Source: Eledone cirrhosa (taxonomy: Eukaryota). From it: 64,000 nucleotides of DNA. The position numbers and the translations under genes were made by a program. Positions 1 to 15,574 of the stretch are shown here, in pieces. The stretch covers positions 381,858,001 through 381,922,000 of the forward strand of contig OZ024740.1 in assembly GCA_964016885.1 (NCBI GenBank), in the 5' to 3' direction. Position 1 is the stretch's first letter; every line of letters begins with the position of its first letter. Below the pieces are notes generated by a model that ran no database searches, had not been told where the DNA came from, and worked only from the letters and a program-made list of their open reading frames with translations.

Positions 1-303
1 TGATAGAATATTGGACGTACCTTGAATTTGTTTCTGTTTTCGTAATTCATCAATGCCTATTGCTTTAGCCCTTTCTATTCCATTATTTATTAGTAATGGT
101 GGGTACTGTCTTTCGAGTAGAATTTCCTTTAATTCTTGAAGTCTTTTATTTGGCGTTTCATAATTGGAGACAATTGTGTAAATTCTTCTTGCTAGGTTAA
201 AAGGAATGTTCGTCTTCGTGTGCTTTGGATGGTTGGAGGTGAATAGCAGGTATTGTTTGGAATATGTTGGTTTGTAGTGTATGTGAGTTTCAATCTTTGT
301 GTT
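1..303 (-). mobile_element. Penelope-like element RT thumb fragment (Neptune-like), runs off the window edge
   Basis: Manual minus-strand translation without stops: TKIETHIHYKPTYSKQYLLFTSNHPKHTKTNIPFNLARRIYTIVS...RLQELKEILLERQYPPLLINNGIERAK. This matches the PLE YxKPT..YL...SxHP...IP...RR...YP thumb pattern. Not in the ORF track because it has no start codon. Confidence 0.85.
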
Positions 304-359
304 TTTCTCTGCGGTGCGGAAGCTTAAGATGTGTGAAGCAGAAACCAGCGGTTCATGGA

Positions 360-1165
360 ATTCCACCAGAATCATAGTAGAGGACAAGCAACTCAAGTAT
401 GTTGATAATTTCACATACTTAGGAAGCAAGGTGAACCGCAGTGATTCCCTTGATGACGAAGTCACCAACCGCATCTCAAATGCTTCCTCTGCGTTTCGTA
501 ATCTCAATCAGCGTCTTTGTAATGAAAAAGGTGTAAAACTAAATACGAAAGTGCAGGTGTATAGGGAGGTTTTCTCAGCACTTTGCTTTATGGATCAGAA
601 TGCTGAACACCATGCCGGTCACACATAAACCAGCTTGATGTGTTCCACAAGGGCTGTTTGAGATCTATCTGGGGTCATGTACGAGAAGATAAAATCTCCA
701 ACGCCGACATCCTAACCAAATGCAAAACTGGGGGAATTGAAACTTACCTCATGCAATCTCAGCTTCATTTGTCTGGCCATGTCATCCTCATGAGTGACGA
801 CAGAATTCCAAAAGTCCTCATGTTTAGTCAGCAGTAAGAGGAAGGTTGGTAGATGATGGCTACGATATAATGATGAGTTGAAATCAAATCTCATAGCTCT
901 TGCAATGCCTTACCGTGATTGCGAACAAATTGCTGCTGACAGAAAGCTTTGAATCCAGTCGCATAAAGAAATTGCGTGTTGAAAGAACACGGACGATGCA
1001 ACGGGCCTTGATACCTGCAAGACCCTCCATAAACTCTTGATGATGCAACATATATGGCTTAATCTGTGGTTCACTGGCGGGATTGAAATGTCACATGAGA
1101 CACCGCCATCCAGAGAGCTGAATTTTGTTGGACACTCATACGTCGGATATCGACGGGAGAGTCCA

Positions 1166-1167
<2 letters not shown>
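360..1167 (+). mobile_element. 5'-truncated RTE-clade LINE (C-terminus after the RT domain), frameshifted
   Basis: ORFs 299-628 and 640-837 give LKYVDNFTYLGS...DDEVTNRISNASSAFRNL...TKVQVYR, FHKGCLRSI...EDKISNADIL and GHVILMSDDRIPKVL, typical of RTE/BovB-like LINEs. Ends at (TA)n. Confidence 0.9.
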
Positions 1168-1230
<63 letters not shown>

Positions 1231-1234
<4 letters not shown>

Positions 1235-2298
1235 TAAAGTTAGTCCTTCATCAGTGATCTTCCAACCATCATTGGTATTTCATCGCTTTAAAGACCATAT
1301 ACCTCCGGTTGGTGCGAGCAACGGCTAAAAAAAGTCGTTGGGACACGTAAATAAAGGGGACACGAGAGTGTAAACAAACAAAGATGGTGGAGCAACGAAA
1401 AGTGAGGAAGAAGGAGTCAAGTCCCAAATTTCCATGAATATAAGTTCGGTGAAATCGTGAACGAGAGAGAATAAAGACAATCAAACCTGGTTGGAATGAG
1501 AGCAAGGAAGGAATTCCGTACAGGTCTAACGGTAGGAAGAAGGAATCTAGTCTGTAAATTTGGTAAACATAAGTTCTGTGAAATCGTAGATGGTTGGAAG
1601 ATCATTGATGAAGGACTAAATTTATTCATATGTAACCCATTAGCAACCACGCAGCACGTTTATTCTCATATTTACACATATTTTTTCCCTCGCTGTGACC
1701 CGTCTATTTCGTTCTTACTGCTCCTCTTTCTCTGTATCTTTATCCTCTCTAGCAGTCACTCTCTCTGTTAGCCTATTCCTCACCCGTCACTCACTCACTC
1801 TCTGCTACTACCTCTCCTCCTCCTTCTCCTCCTTCCCGTTTGACCTGTGCGTAATTCTTTTCTTTCGCACCCTTAGTCAGGCAGGTTTCCTTTTTTTTCT
1901 CTCTCTCATCTACGATTTCACAGAATTTATGTTTACCGAATTCACAGACTAGATTCCTTCTTCCTCCCGTTAGACCTGTACCGAATTCCTTCCTTGCTCA
2001 CATTCCAACCAGGTTTGATGGTCTTTATTCTCTCTCGTTCACGATTTCACCAAATTCATGGAAATTTGGGACTTGACTCCTTCTTCCTCACTTTTCGTTG
2101 CTTCACCATATTTGTTTGTTTACACTCTCGTGTCCCCTTTATTTACGTGTCCCAACGACTTTTTTTAGCCGTTGCTCGCACCAACCGGAGGTATATGGTC
2201 TTTAAAGCGATGAAATACCAATGATGGTTGGAAGATCACTGATGAAGGACTAACTTTATTCATATGTAACTCATTAGCAACCACGCAGCACGTTTATT

Positions 2299-2301
<3 letters not shown>
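1231..2301. mobile_element. Non-coding fold-back element in (TA)n (family A), carrying the permuted hammerhead-like motif
   Basis: 1231-~1530 is the near-perfect reverse complement of ~1965-2262. 1589-1668 is a direct partial copy of the 3' end. (TA)n on both sides. Confidence 0.8.
2176..2246 (+). ncRNA. Permuted hammerhead-like motif (inverse copy at 1247-1317)
   Basis: tcgc-a-ccaacc-gga-ggta-TA-tggtctt-taaa-gcga-t-GAAA-tacc-aatgat-ggttgg-aagatca-CTGATGA-a. Four complementary segment pairs plus the complete HHR core in non-canonical order. Confidence 0.65.
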
Positions 2302-2350
<49 letters not shown>

Positions 2351-2552
2351 AAATAACAGGAGGCTGGACTGATGTAGTTCCTTAAAGGTTTATTATACTA
2401 TGAACATTTCAATGACCGGATTCAGTATGAATCCGGTGATATCATCAAGTATTCGAAATTTAACAAAGAAATATATTCCATAGGGCTGAAAAGGCAGAGA
2501 GACAAGAAGGTGGCCACACATTTAGCAGTTTCTAGTTCGGTCGGCTGCCTTC

Positions 2553-3042
<490 letters not shown>

Positions 3043-3195
3043 ATATATATATATATATATCAAACACAAATTTATTTGCAGATAACTTCGTAAAAGTTAC
3101 TCTATATAAGTATATATGTATACACACACACACATACATACATACACACCCACACACCCACACATACACACACACACACACATACACCTACACAC

Positions 3196-3249
<54 letters not shown>

Positions 3250-4377
3250 TTATATATATATATATATATATATGTACTTATTTAGATTTATATATTTATA
3301 TATGTGTGTATGTGTGTGTGTATGCATATAGATAATACATATATGTGTGTAATAATATACAATGAGAGAGACAGAGAATGAGAGGAAGTAGAGAAAGAGA
3401 GAGTGAAAAAGAATGTTTCTTTTACTTAATAGATACATCTATGAAATTGTAATACGCAGAAGCAATGATGGTTTGTTCATTGAAGTGTATATTCCTTACA
3501 CGTTGCAAAATACATGTAATATATCAAATGCCGACATTTAGGTATTTTTCCAGTAAGAATTTGGTCCTCTTCCAACACGATTAGTTCAAACAGTGATACT
3601 AAACTAGCGTGCACTACTTTTCTATGCTGTATTTATTGAAATGTGTGTGGGGGTAATTGTTGGAAACGGTATATTTATGTGTATATGGGAATATGTTGAA
3701 TTGTGGTGTAAATATTAGTCTGAATTTTGTATTATATTAAGAATTACTTCATCTTATAATTTAACCTAACCTACTTTCCGTTTACACTGCACCGACCACT
3801 TTACAAATTAAGCCTACAGATAATGTTTGTTGTCTCTTTCTTTTCAGTGAAAATCTTCAATCAATATAAATACCTTCAAGACTCCCTAAATAGAAAAAAA
3901 AATGTTAACTAACAGCAACAAAGGCAAAGAGGAAAGAAAAATACAGAGAAATCGAAATACAGCTAACATTGAAATGTTTCTTTTTTTAATATTTAACTTA
4001 TCTTTCCTTATTTATTTGCTGCCTGATAGATTACGATTCTAATTGATTCCGTATCAAAATGCATCCACATAGCCAGCAGCATCGTTTGATTAAAACTTGG
4101 CAACTACATTAAACATTTATTAGTAGTTCATTTGCCTTTCTCGAATTAAACTGATATTACAAGTTTCCAGTCTCATTGCAGTACTATTGCTGGATAGATA
4201 TGTTTTTATATTTGCTATTTATTCTGATAATCCACAACAATTGATATCTGAAATACGCTTACCGCCTAGCACATACATACACAAAGACACACACAGGTAC
4301 ATAGGCACACACACTCACTCACACATACACACACTCACACACAACCACACACACGCATACATACGCACGCACGCACG

Positions 4378-4408
<31 letters not shown>

Positions 4409-4414
4409 ACACAC

Positions 4415-4471
<57 letters not shown>

Positions 4472-5099
4472 AGTATGTATATGAGTATATTTGTGTGTAT
4501 TGTAAATTGATCTTTAAAAATGTTGAGCTGGTTCAGTAGGTAGAATTATGCGGCGTAAAAAAGATACCTGGCATTTCAAGCAGGTTCTTAAATTAGTAGT
4601 TCTGTTTTGTTCAGGATGTTTCAATTAGTAATATTATTATCGCTTGCCGGGTTCATGTTTAGTATTTCAGAAGGAAACGTTCTCATGTAGTTACCTGTAA
4701 TTACCTGTGAATCCATGTGATAATTGTGATTCTGGATATATGTTTATGTGCGCAGAGGTATATTGCCACATCAGAACTTGTTAATTTATCACGTTAAACC
4801 CACACAGTACGTAAATGTATAGGCGAAACAATAAATATTTTATCTTTTAGATGAGTTGAGTAGAGACGGATAAGTTATTAAATGAGCATATATTTTGGGT
4901 GGTACTTCTTATCAGAAAAGTGCAAACCCTTTACTAAACATTGCATGACCATGTGCATGCAGGTTTCATTACGGAACCGCTTTTGTTTTGCATGCACGAA
5001 AGGAGCCTATTCCATTTCCTACAAAGTTGAACCTAATATAACTGTAATTGTTCATGCCTGTGTTTATTTTGTTTCATTTTGAATATATATATATATATA

Positions 5100-5184
<85 letters not shown>

Positions 5185-5650
5185 AAAGGTAATCAGATAT
5201 GACAACACAATTGATTCACAATTGGAATGAATATATGAGGTTAACGCTTGAAATATCAGGAAGACGGTCTTCGGACGCTAGTTCTTCACAAGAAGAAAGA
5301 ATGAGAAATAAGATAGATTGAAGGGATGGGCGGGCTGGAATTGGAAAAAATGTCTTTAGATAAAATAACAGGTGCATTCATGTGACATCTCTTCGAGAGC
5401 TGCTGATGCTGGCGTTTTATGTATGATTTATATATATATATATATATAGATATATATACATAGTAACATTTTGGCTACTGTCTTTTTAACACCCCACTCC
5501 TCACTGATTAACCTAGATGTCACGTGATTGATTCTTTTGAATTTGCCACTGACCGAGAAGGCAGTGAAATTTTCAGTGTCTTGAAATTTAGTCCGCGCTT
5601 GTTTGAGCTCCCTATGTCCGCCTATTGCCAGGGATATTAGCCGAGTATTG

Positions 5651-5727
5651 ACTCCCTGATGAAGAAAGGATTCTCCATAGTTTTGAAAACTATGTATATC
5701 CCCTTTCAGAAACTAATTAGTTGGAGT
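5651..5727 (+). ncRNA. Type I hammerhead ribozyme motif in a (TA)n-flanked insert (5462-5878)
   Basis: actcc-CTGATGA-a.gaaagg...cctttc.a-GAAA-ctaattag-TT-ggagt. Helix I actcc/ggagt, palindromic helix III. Confidence 0.75.
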
Positions 5728-5888
5728 GAAATTTAAGTAAGTTAATTATTACAATTATCTTATTTTACGTCTTTCATATAATTGATCTACATTTTTGTAT
5801 TGAACCACAAAGTTACTAAGACAAAACCTATATCTTGCTAGCGTAAGTATACTTCTGTATACATATGACGGTAGATATACTAATTCTT

Positions 5889-5965
<77 letters not shown>

Positions 5966-6003
5966 TACTAGGATTGGATTGAAGAGTATTCCGCAGTTCA
6001 CAG

Positions 6004-6196
6004 TAATAATAATAATTGTTTCTACTATTGGCACAAGGCCAGAAATTACCCAGTACATTACTGGTACTTTGTTTTATCGACCCCGTAAGGATGAAAGGCA
6101 AAGTTAACCTCGGCGGGATTTGAACTCAGAATGGCAAGGGCCGTAACTCGATGCGTCAAAGCATGGCGTCCGACCCTCTACCGATACTGCCGATCC
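6004..6196 (-). mobile_element. tRNA-derived SINE (octopus-type family 1)
   Basis: Minus strand has an A-box-like tcggcagtatcgg, a B box gagttcaaatcc and an (ATT)n tail. Four similar copies occur in the window. Confidence 0.85.
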
Positions 6197-6224
6197 ATAA
6201 TAATATTAGCTCAAAGAAGAATAG

Positions 6225-6515
6225 AGAATGAATTTTCTTCTGAGCTCAGGACATCTTCAGGTGACTTGCTGGGGAGAGTCATCACTTGTTATGAGACATG
6301 GTTCCTCGCGTACGAGACGTTTTCCGCCCGTGGAATTTAAGCAAGAAGGCTGTGACGACAGAGCTGCACAGAATCCTTCCATGAGAGCATGGCGGAGTGG
6401 TACAAAAGGTGGGGAATGTGTGTAAGACTTGAGGAGGTTTACTTCAAGATGTAGTTTGTAGTTAGGACTTGATATATTTTTTTGCAGCCCCAGTTTACTT
6501 CTGATCCACCGCGTA
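6225..6515 (+). mobile_element. Mariner transposon 3' remnant
   Basis: Translates [18 protein letters not shown] (cf. ITGDETW). C-terminal part is similar to 40110-40200. Ends in TIR-like ...tttacttctgatccaccgcgTA. Confidence 0.7.
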
Positions 6516-6525
6516 ATATATATAT

Positions 6526-7413
<888 letters not shown>

Positions 7414-7529
7414 GAAGAAGAGGCAGGTTGTGTGGTTACTGAAAACAAAGTGTTAGAGAGAGATAGATAGAGAGAGAGAGAGAGGGAAAGAAAGAGAGAG
7501 AAAAGGAGGGAGTCGATCCGAAAGACAAA

Positions 7530-8280
<751 letters not shown>

Positions 8281-8865
8281 ATATATAAATATTTATATAC
8301 ATATATATACATATATGCTGTGTGTGTGTGTGTATGAGAGAGAGTGTGTATAAGTATATGCGTGTATATATGTATGTGTGCATGCACGTATAACTTATGA
8401 AGTAAATAGTCTGTAATTTATTTTATCAGTACTAAATATGAATTACGTAAAAGTTATGTATACATAGTTAGAGTTGTTTCAATATTGGATATTTATGACT
8501 GAACAAAATATCTGTATCTTTCTTGTTTAGTGTTACTTCTAACGTGTGTAATGTTTTAATGGATCAGTCAGAGACGAAATATATGACAATGCTTCTGTAA
8601 ATGTTAACTGGAAAGGAGAGGGAAAATAATGTAGTTGTAGACGGAAGAATCTTTCAACAGATTTGGACAGCGTTAATGTTGTTCAGGAGTAAAAAGTGTC
8701 GAAAAATCAAGTGATGTACTTAGGCTACCACAGTATAACATATTCTACACATAAGTCATTGTAAGCTGAATTTGGAAGAAGGCTATGAGGGTCGGCTGAA
8801 ATGTTCATAGACTGACTATGAAGGATTTAGGCTAGCGCTTGGAAATTTGCATGCATAAATATCAA

Positions 8866-9077
8866 CTCTTCTTCTTCTTCTTCTTCTTCTTCTTCTTCTT
8901 CTTCTTCTTCTTCTTCTTCTTCTTCTTCTTCTTCTTCCTCCTCCTTCTTCTCCTCCTCCTCCACCTCCTCCACCTCCCCCTCCTCCTTCTTCTTCTTCTT
9001 CTTCTTCTTCTTCTTCTTCTTCTTCTTCTTCTTCTTCTTCTTCTTCTTCTTCTTCTTCTTCTTCTTCTTCTTCTTCT
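8866..9077. repeat. (TTC)n/(CTC)n trinucleotide microsatellite
   Basis: Direct reading. Confidence 0.95.
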
Positions 9078-9336
9078 AGGCCCACATATGCACGAGAGGG
9101 TCGTTCTTTCCAGAGACTATGTTGAAGAACAAAACTCATTTGGTCATTCCATGAGAGTATCTTGGTCAACCTATGAACGTTTCAGGTTATGAACTTTTCA
9201 ACCGATTCTCGTATGGTAAATGTCGCCTAATTTGTTTTGCAATCGGTTCGGGTATGATTTCAGACAGTTGTAAGGAAATGATATGTGAATCCAAAACGCC
9301 TGTGACACGACGCTCAAAATATTTGAGTCTTGTAAG

Positions 9337-9812
<476 letters not shown>

Positions 9813-10237
9813 TACTATAAGTGATATTTGAAAAAAATCGAGTAAGGAATCCCAGGCAATGAAAAAGTGGACAGAGGCGAATCAGTATTGATTCACAGAG
9901 TTTAATTCCATTGTATTGATCGCTGCTAACTATTGTTGTCTAGACCACCAGAAAAGAACATTTTGTCTCAGTGAAAAGCTGCTATTTTGCTCTCAGTAAA
10001 TAGAAACAATTACAATATATTTACGTAAATACAGAGTCACAAACAGACAGAACCTTTTATATCGCACATATACACTACATTTCATTTTGATCGATATATT
10101 CTTTGAATATCTGGCTATGTCATATATTTATATATATATATATACACATATGTGTGGTGGGTGCGTATATCTGTATGTGTGTAGCAAATAGATATAAAGG
10201 TTATATATATATATGCTGCAAAGGGACTTTTATCTTA

Positions 10238-10301
<64 letters not shown>

Positions 10302-10435
10302 TAGAAGGGATATTTAATTTGTTGGAAATGCGACAAATATAAATGTTTATAACTGATTCAGAGCACTCAACAGATTTCTGGAGTAAATATTCAATGAAAT
10401 TAAATAAATGGAAACTATATTTATAAAACCATATT

Positions 10436-10500
10436 TATTTTATTATATATATTTCAAGGGCAACAAAGACAACATTGGTACGCTTTCTTCAGATAAAATA
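10436..10500 (-). ncRNA. Type I hammerhead motif in PLE1 3' repeat (inverse copy 15093-15155, +)
   Basis: tattttat-CTGAAGA-aag...ctt-GAAA-tatata-TA-ataaaata. 8-bp helix I, palindromic helix III, sense to the ORF. Confidence 0.8.
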
Positions 10501-10685
10501 CAAAGTTTGTTTTATAAATAGAGACATACCCAGGAAAATCATACCTTACCAGTTGAATATTCCCTGGATAGTGGAAATGTATAAAGGATTTTTCAAACTT
10601 ACGGGTGAATATGCAAATGAATATGTAAATAATTGAAAAACAACCGTTAATTTAAACGACTATGTAGAGTTTAGATATATAATAT

Positions 10686-10869
10686 ATAATTTTTCTACTT
10701 TTGGCACAAGGCCAGCAATTACCCAGTGCATTACTGGTACTTTATTTTATCGACCCCGTAAAGATGAAAGACAAAGTTTAGCTCGGCAGGATTTGAACTC
10801 AGAATGGCAACGACCAATACTCTATGTGTCAAAGCATGGCGTCCGACGCTGTACCGATACTGCCAATCC
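10686..10869 (-). mobile_element. tRNA-derived SINE family 1 nested in the PLE1 left arm
   Basis: Similar to 6004-6196. Absent from the mirror arm (~14890-14920). Confidence 0.85.
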
Positions 10870-11722
10870 GAGAGAGTAGAAGGAAAAAATAGTAAGAGAG
10901 AGAGAGAGAAGGAAAAAAGCAAAGATAAATGAAAAGCTCATATAACGTTAATATGAGGGAAATATATTCGTACAGTTATCTATGTATATATGTAAGTATA
11001 TATTTTAATAGTATGTGTATTTATGTTAAAAGGATAATTTACAATTATTAGTTGTTTATAATTTGTTTTTAATATGAGTTACGAGAGATATTTTTGTTCT
11101 GTTTTAAGTAGATATATAAATAAATAAATAAATAAATAAATGGGTATATTATGTAAATAAATGTGTATTTAAAATTGAGAATTATTTAAAATTAAATTAA
11201 CGGAGTTAAGTAATAATATTTATATGATTGAAAAGGAAAGATAAGGAATGATAAACTCCGATTTTATTTATTCGTTAGTGTGATATTATTTAGTCAAAAT
11301 AAGTATGGATGCTTAAGATACATTTAGCCAGAATCAATTAGCGGTTATTATCTACATTTAAATAATAGCTTTAGAGGGTGTCATTGTACTTAGTAAAGAC
11401 TTAAGAATTAAGAAATTAAGAAAATTAAAAAATTAAAACATTTTGAAAAAACTTTTAACATTTTTTTTTTAAATTAGAAAAATAAAAAAAATTTTAATTA
11501 ACAATTAACAAGTAAAATAGAAAATAAAAAAAATATTATTAAAACAATTATTAAAAAGTCAAAAATTAAAAAATTAAAAAATTAGAATTATATGCGTATA
11601 AGAACATTTTTTAAAAAGTGGAAGTACAGCAAATGTTAGAGATATGATTTACAGATATCAATATATTAAAAATAAAGTAGATGAGATTGTTATGGAGATT
11701 AATAGGAATATTATAAGTATAA

Positions 11723-13764
11723 TTATAAGTTATATATAGTTCTGAATGTTGAATTCTGGCGATGTCTACAAGAATTAAATAAATTCGTTCTGAGATTAAT
11801 AGAGATTTTTACAGTTAATTATATAAAAAATGTCTTCAATACACAATTTACAGAATCTAGATAAAGATGTGTTTCGGTACGCGGGTGCTTTCGAAACTGT
11901 TTTACAAGATAATGAATAGTCTATATTCTTGCATTTTAAGTTCCATATCAGGTTTGAAATAGGAGTAGAAGATTTGTTATCAAATCTTCTGAAAGAAAAA
12001 TTGTGGTTATTCCAGCAAAGTTTAAATTCTTTAGAAGTGGCACCGACATAGTTAAATATATTTTCAATAGTTTTAACTGTGCATTTGTAGTCCACGTTTT
12101 TATCTAAACACTTATTTTGTAAAGGACAGTTTGATTTAATTCTAAAGTTATATTTTGCGGAGTTGTTGTTGCTCGGAACGGTACTATTATGTTGGATGTT
12201 GCTAGAAATATTATTATTGCTGTTTTGGTTATTTTGTTTAGGGTTTAAATTGATGTTTCTATTATTAATTCTATTTATATTTTGTGCTATGTTCATAGTA
12301 GTAGAGTAGGATAATTTTATGGTATGTCTGTTAAAGATTGAGTGGTATCTGTGGGCTTTAGGAAAACCTTTGTCTAGTGCGTTAAAGAATAGCTTTCCTA
12401 AAGGTGTTTTAATGCTTAATGAGAATGGGGTTGAATACCAAATACTGTTTCTAGTTCTTTTGTTAGTTTTAGAGTTTAAGTTAATAGTAGGGTGATTTGC
12501 CTTATTATTGTTGTTAATGTATTTAATTTTATTTGTATACCCTGCTCAATTTAAAGCTTCATTATAATATTGAGCCTTATCATCAAAAATGTTTTTATTA
12601 GCGGAGATGCGTGAAATCCGTTGTTGGACACTATTGACAATAGTGTTCTTAATAGATCTAGGATGACTAGAGTTAAAACTTACATAATTTAGATTCTCAT
12701 TAATTTTATGGAATGGATAATAGAGCCCTGTGCTAAGGTTTAATGTTACGTCTAAAAAGATAACGATTGTATAGTTATTCTCTATTTCTAACTTAAGGCT
12801 GTAGTTATTGAAGAATTGTATTATGGATTTTCTTTTCCTATTAATTTCACAATTACTATGATTTTCAATTAAAAGCAGCATATCATCACGACATAAACCA
12901 CCGGTCATCTCTGGTATTTTTCTATGCAGTGAATTATTAATAAATAACCTCACAATATCCGTTATTTGCGCCGAGTCAGATGATCACAAAGTGATATCAA
13001 AATTATTTTTTCTATCAGCTCTTGTCCAGAGATGATTGTTGAATTCAATTAAAGTTTTCCGTGCGGTTAAAATGATATGCATTTCTTCACTAGATAGATC
13101 TGTATGTTTAGATGCATAGATAAGGTGTCTTATTAAGTAAACTAGGAGTAATAGAGGAGTAGTAATTTGCAATATCCATTTGAATGAATTTTTTGTTATG
13201 TTTACATTTTATGTTATTGAATTAATCTATAACCTCATTAGTATCGTTCCATAGTTTTAGGTATGATTTTTCTTTAAGTTGCGGTATGATTCTATCTAAT
13301 ATATCTTTACTAACTATGCCTAAGTCTGATTTAGATGGTGTTATAAGTCTGACTGGTAGTTCTATTTCAAAGTTTCTTTTGTGGTCTTTCAGGTTAATTT
13401 TCGGTCTTCTAGGTATAAAGGGTTCAGTCCTATTTTCGATGCATAATTTATGAGTTATTTCAGAAGCTTCTCTATTTAACGTTTCAAGATCGTCTTTAGT
13501 TGTTATTTTGTAATTTTTCCCGAGTTCTTTCAATATAAGGTTATTGTATTCGTCCTTTGGCATTCCATATAGATTGTTTGTTTCATCAGATTTTACGAGG
13601 ATCCTCTCAGTTTTGCCTATATTATTATTGAGGCCTTTAAGGTATACATGGCCTACAAATTGGTTTTTCTTGAATTTGATGTTTTCAATAATCGATATTA
13701 TTTCATTTTCAAATTCCATTAATAGTTTGTTGTTAGGTGGGTTCTTCTTGGATTTGAAGATCAT
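11723..13764 (-). pseudogene. PLE RT + C-terminal GIY-YIG endonuclease (decayed; Hydra-clade-like)
   Basis: LKDHKRNF...VRLITPSKSDLGIVSK; FDITL*SSDSAQITD; GGLCRDD; FLDVTLNL; YPFHK...SSHP; CPLQNKCL..NVDYKCTV...YVGATSKEFK..WNNH; CKLC; CRH. Stops and frameshifts present. Confidence 0.9.
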
Positions 13765-15194
13765 ATCGATTTTATATCATATCAATTTTTCTTTCAGAAG
13801 ATTTGATAAAAAATCTTCAATTTATCTTTCAAACCTGATATGGAACTTAAAATGCAAGAATATAGACTATTCATTATCTTGGAAAACAGTTTCGAAAACA
13901 CCCGCGTTCCGAAACACAGCTTTATCTAGATTCTGTAAATACGTGTATTGAAGAAATGTTTTATATAATTAACTGTAAAAACTCTATTAATCTCAGAACG
14001 AATTTATTTTATTCTTGTAGATATCGCCAGAATTCGACATTCAGAATTATAAATAACTTATAATTATACTTATAATATTCCTATTAATCTCCATAAAAAT
14101 CTCATCTACTTTACTTTTAATATATTGATATCTGTAAATCATAATATCTCTAACATTTGCTGTACTTCCACTTTTTAAAAAATGTTCTCATAATATTTAC
14201 GTATATAATTCTAATTTTTAAAATTTTAATATTTTAATAAAAACATTTTAAATTATTTTTAATTTTTTTATTTTCTATTTTAATTTTTAATTTTTAATTT
14301 TTTTTTTTAATTAAAAAAACAATTTTTTAAAATTTTTTCAATATTTTTAATTTTTTAATTTTCTTAATTTCTTAATTCTTAAGTCTTTATTAAGTACAAT
14401 AAGACTCTTTAAAGCTATTATTGAAATGTAGGTAATAACAACTAACATTCTGGCTAAATGCATCCATACTTATTTTGACAAAATATTCTCACACTAACGA
14501 ATAAATAAAATCGGAGTTTATTTTTCCTTATCTTTCCTTTTTAATCCTATAAATATTATTACTTAACTCCGTTAATTTAATTTTAAATCATTCTCAATTT
14601 TAAATACATCTTTATTTACATAATATACCCATTTATTTATTTATTTATTTATTTATTTATCTACTTAAAACAGAACAAAAATATCCCTTGTAACTCATAT
14701 TATAAACAAATTATAAACAACTAATAATTGTAAATTATCCTTTTAACATAAATACACATACTATTAAAATATATACTTACATTTATACATAGATAACTGA
14801 TCGAATTTTTTTCCCTCATATTAACGTTATATGAGCTTTTCATTTACCTTTGCTTTTTTCCTTCTTCTCTCTCTCTTACTATTTTTTCCTTCTACACTCT
14901 CTTACTATTATATATTATATATCTAAACTCTCCATAGTCGTTTAAATTAACGGTTCTTTTTCAATTAAATGCATATTCACCCATAAGCTTGAAACATCCA
15001 TTATACATTTCCACTGGAATATTCAACATGGAATATTCAACTGATAAAGTATGATATTCCTGGGTATGTCTCTATTCATAAAACAAACTTTGTATTTTAT
15101 CTGAAGAAAGCGTACCAAAGTGTGTTGGCGCCTTTGAAATATATATAATAATATAAACATGGTTTTATAAATATAGTTTCCATTTATTTAATAT

Positions 15195-15272
<78 letters not shown>

Positions 15273-15278
<6 letters not shown>

Positions 15279-15542
15279 GTGAGGTTTTTTTTACAATATG
15301 AAAAATAACCGAGGTGTCCTACACGAGTGAAAGTGTAAAGAAAAAAAGATGAAATCGAAAATGCAACTGTAGTCTTATTTTTAAGATGGAGGGTTTGTGG
15401 TTTTTCGAAAAACCACAAACCCTCCATTTCAACTCTACTTTTGAAAAGCAAAAGAACTGCGAAACCGGTAAAGGAACCAAATAAATATATATTTTTTTTA
15501 AAAATAAGACTCCAGTTGCATTTTCGATTTCATCTTTTTTTC

Positions 15543-15543
<1 letters not shown>
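15273..15543. mobile_element. Short fold-back element in (TA)n with a U3-A8 hammerhead variant
   Basis: 15339-15384 is inverted at 15499-15543, with a perfect internal hairpin at 15387-15427. ctt-TTGAAAA-gca(aaagaac)tgc-GAAA-ccgg-TA-aag at 15438-15473. Confidence 0.7.

Positions 15544-15574
<31 letters not shown>

Larger units (their letters stand above)
10300..15199 (-). mobile_element. Penelope-like retroelement PLE1: 5'-truncated, with inverted copy of the 3' end, in (TA)n
   Basis: Disrupted ORF 13764->11723. 13777-15199 is an inverted copy of ~10392-12005. (TA)n on both sides. HHR in both arms. Confidence 0.92.

Noticed and set aside
2211-2246. C/D box snoRNA reading of TGATGA/CTGA motifs
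   Set aside because: Boxes overlap as CTGATGA rather than bounding a terminal stem, and the motifs lie in mobile repeats.
12546-12986. In-frame TGA codons in PLE1 as selenocysteine (as reported for some Naiad PLEs)
   Set aside because: The TGA at 12984 replaces the conserved Gly of FDITMG, and the one at 12546 is not at a Cys position. The ORF also has frameshifts, so this is ordinary decay.
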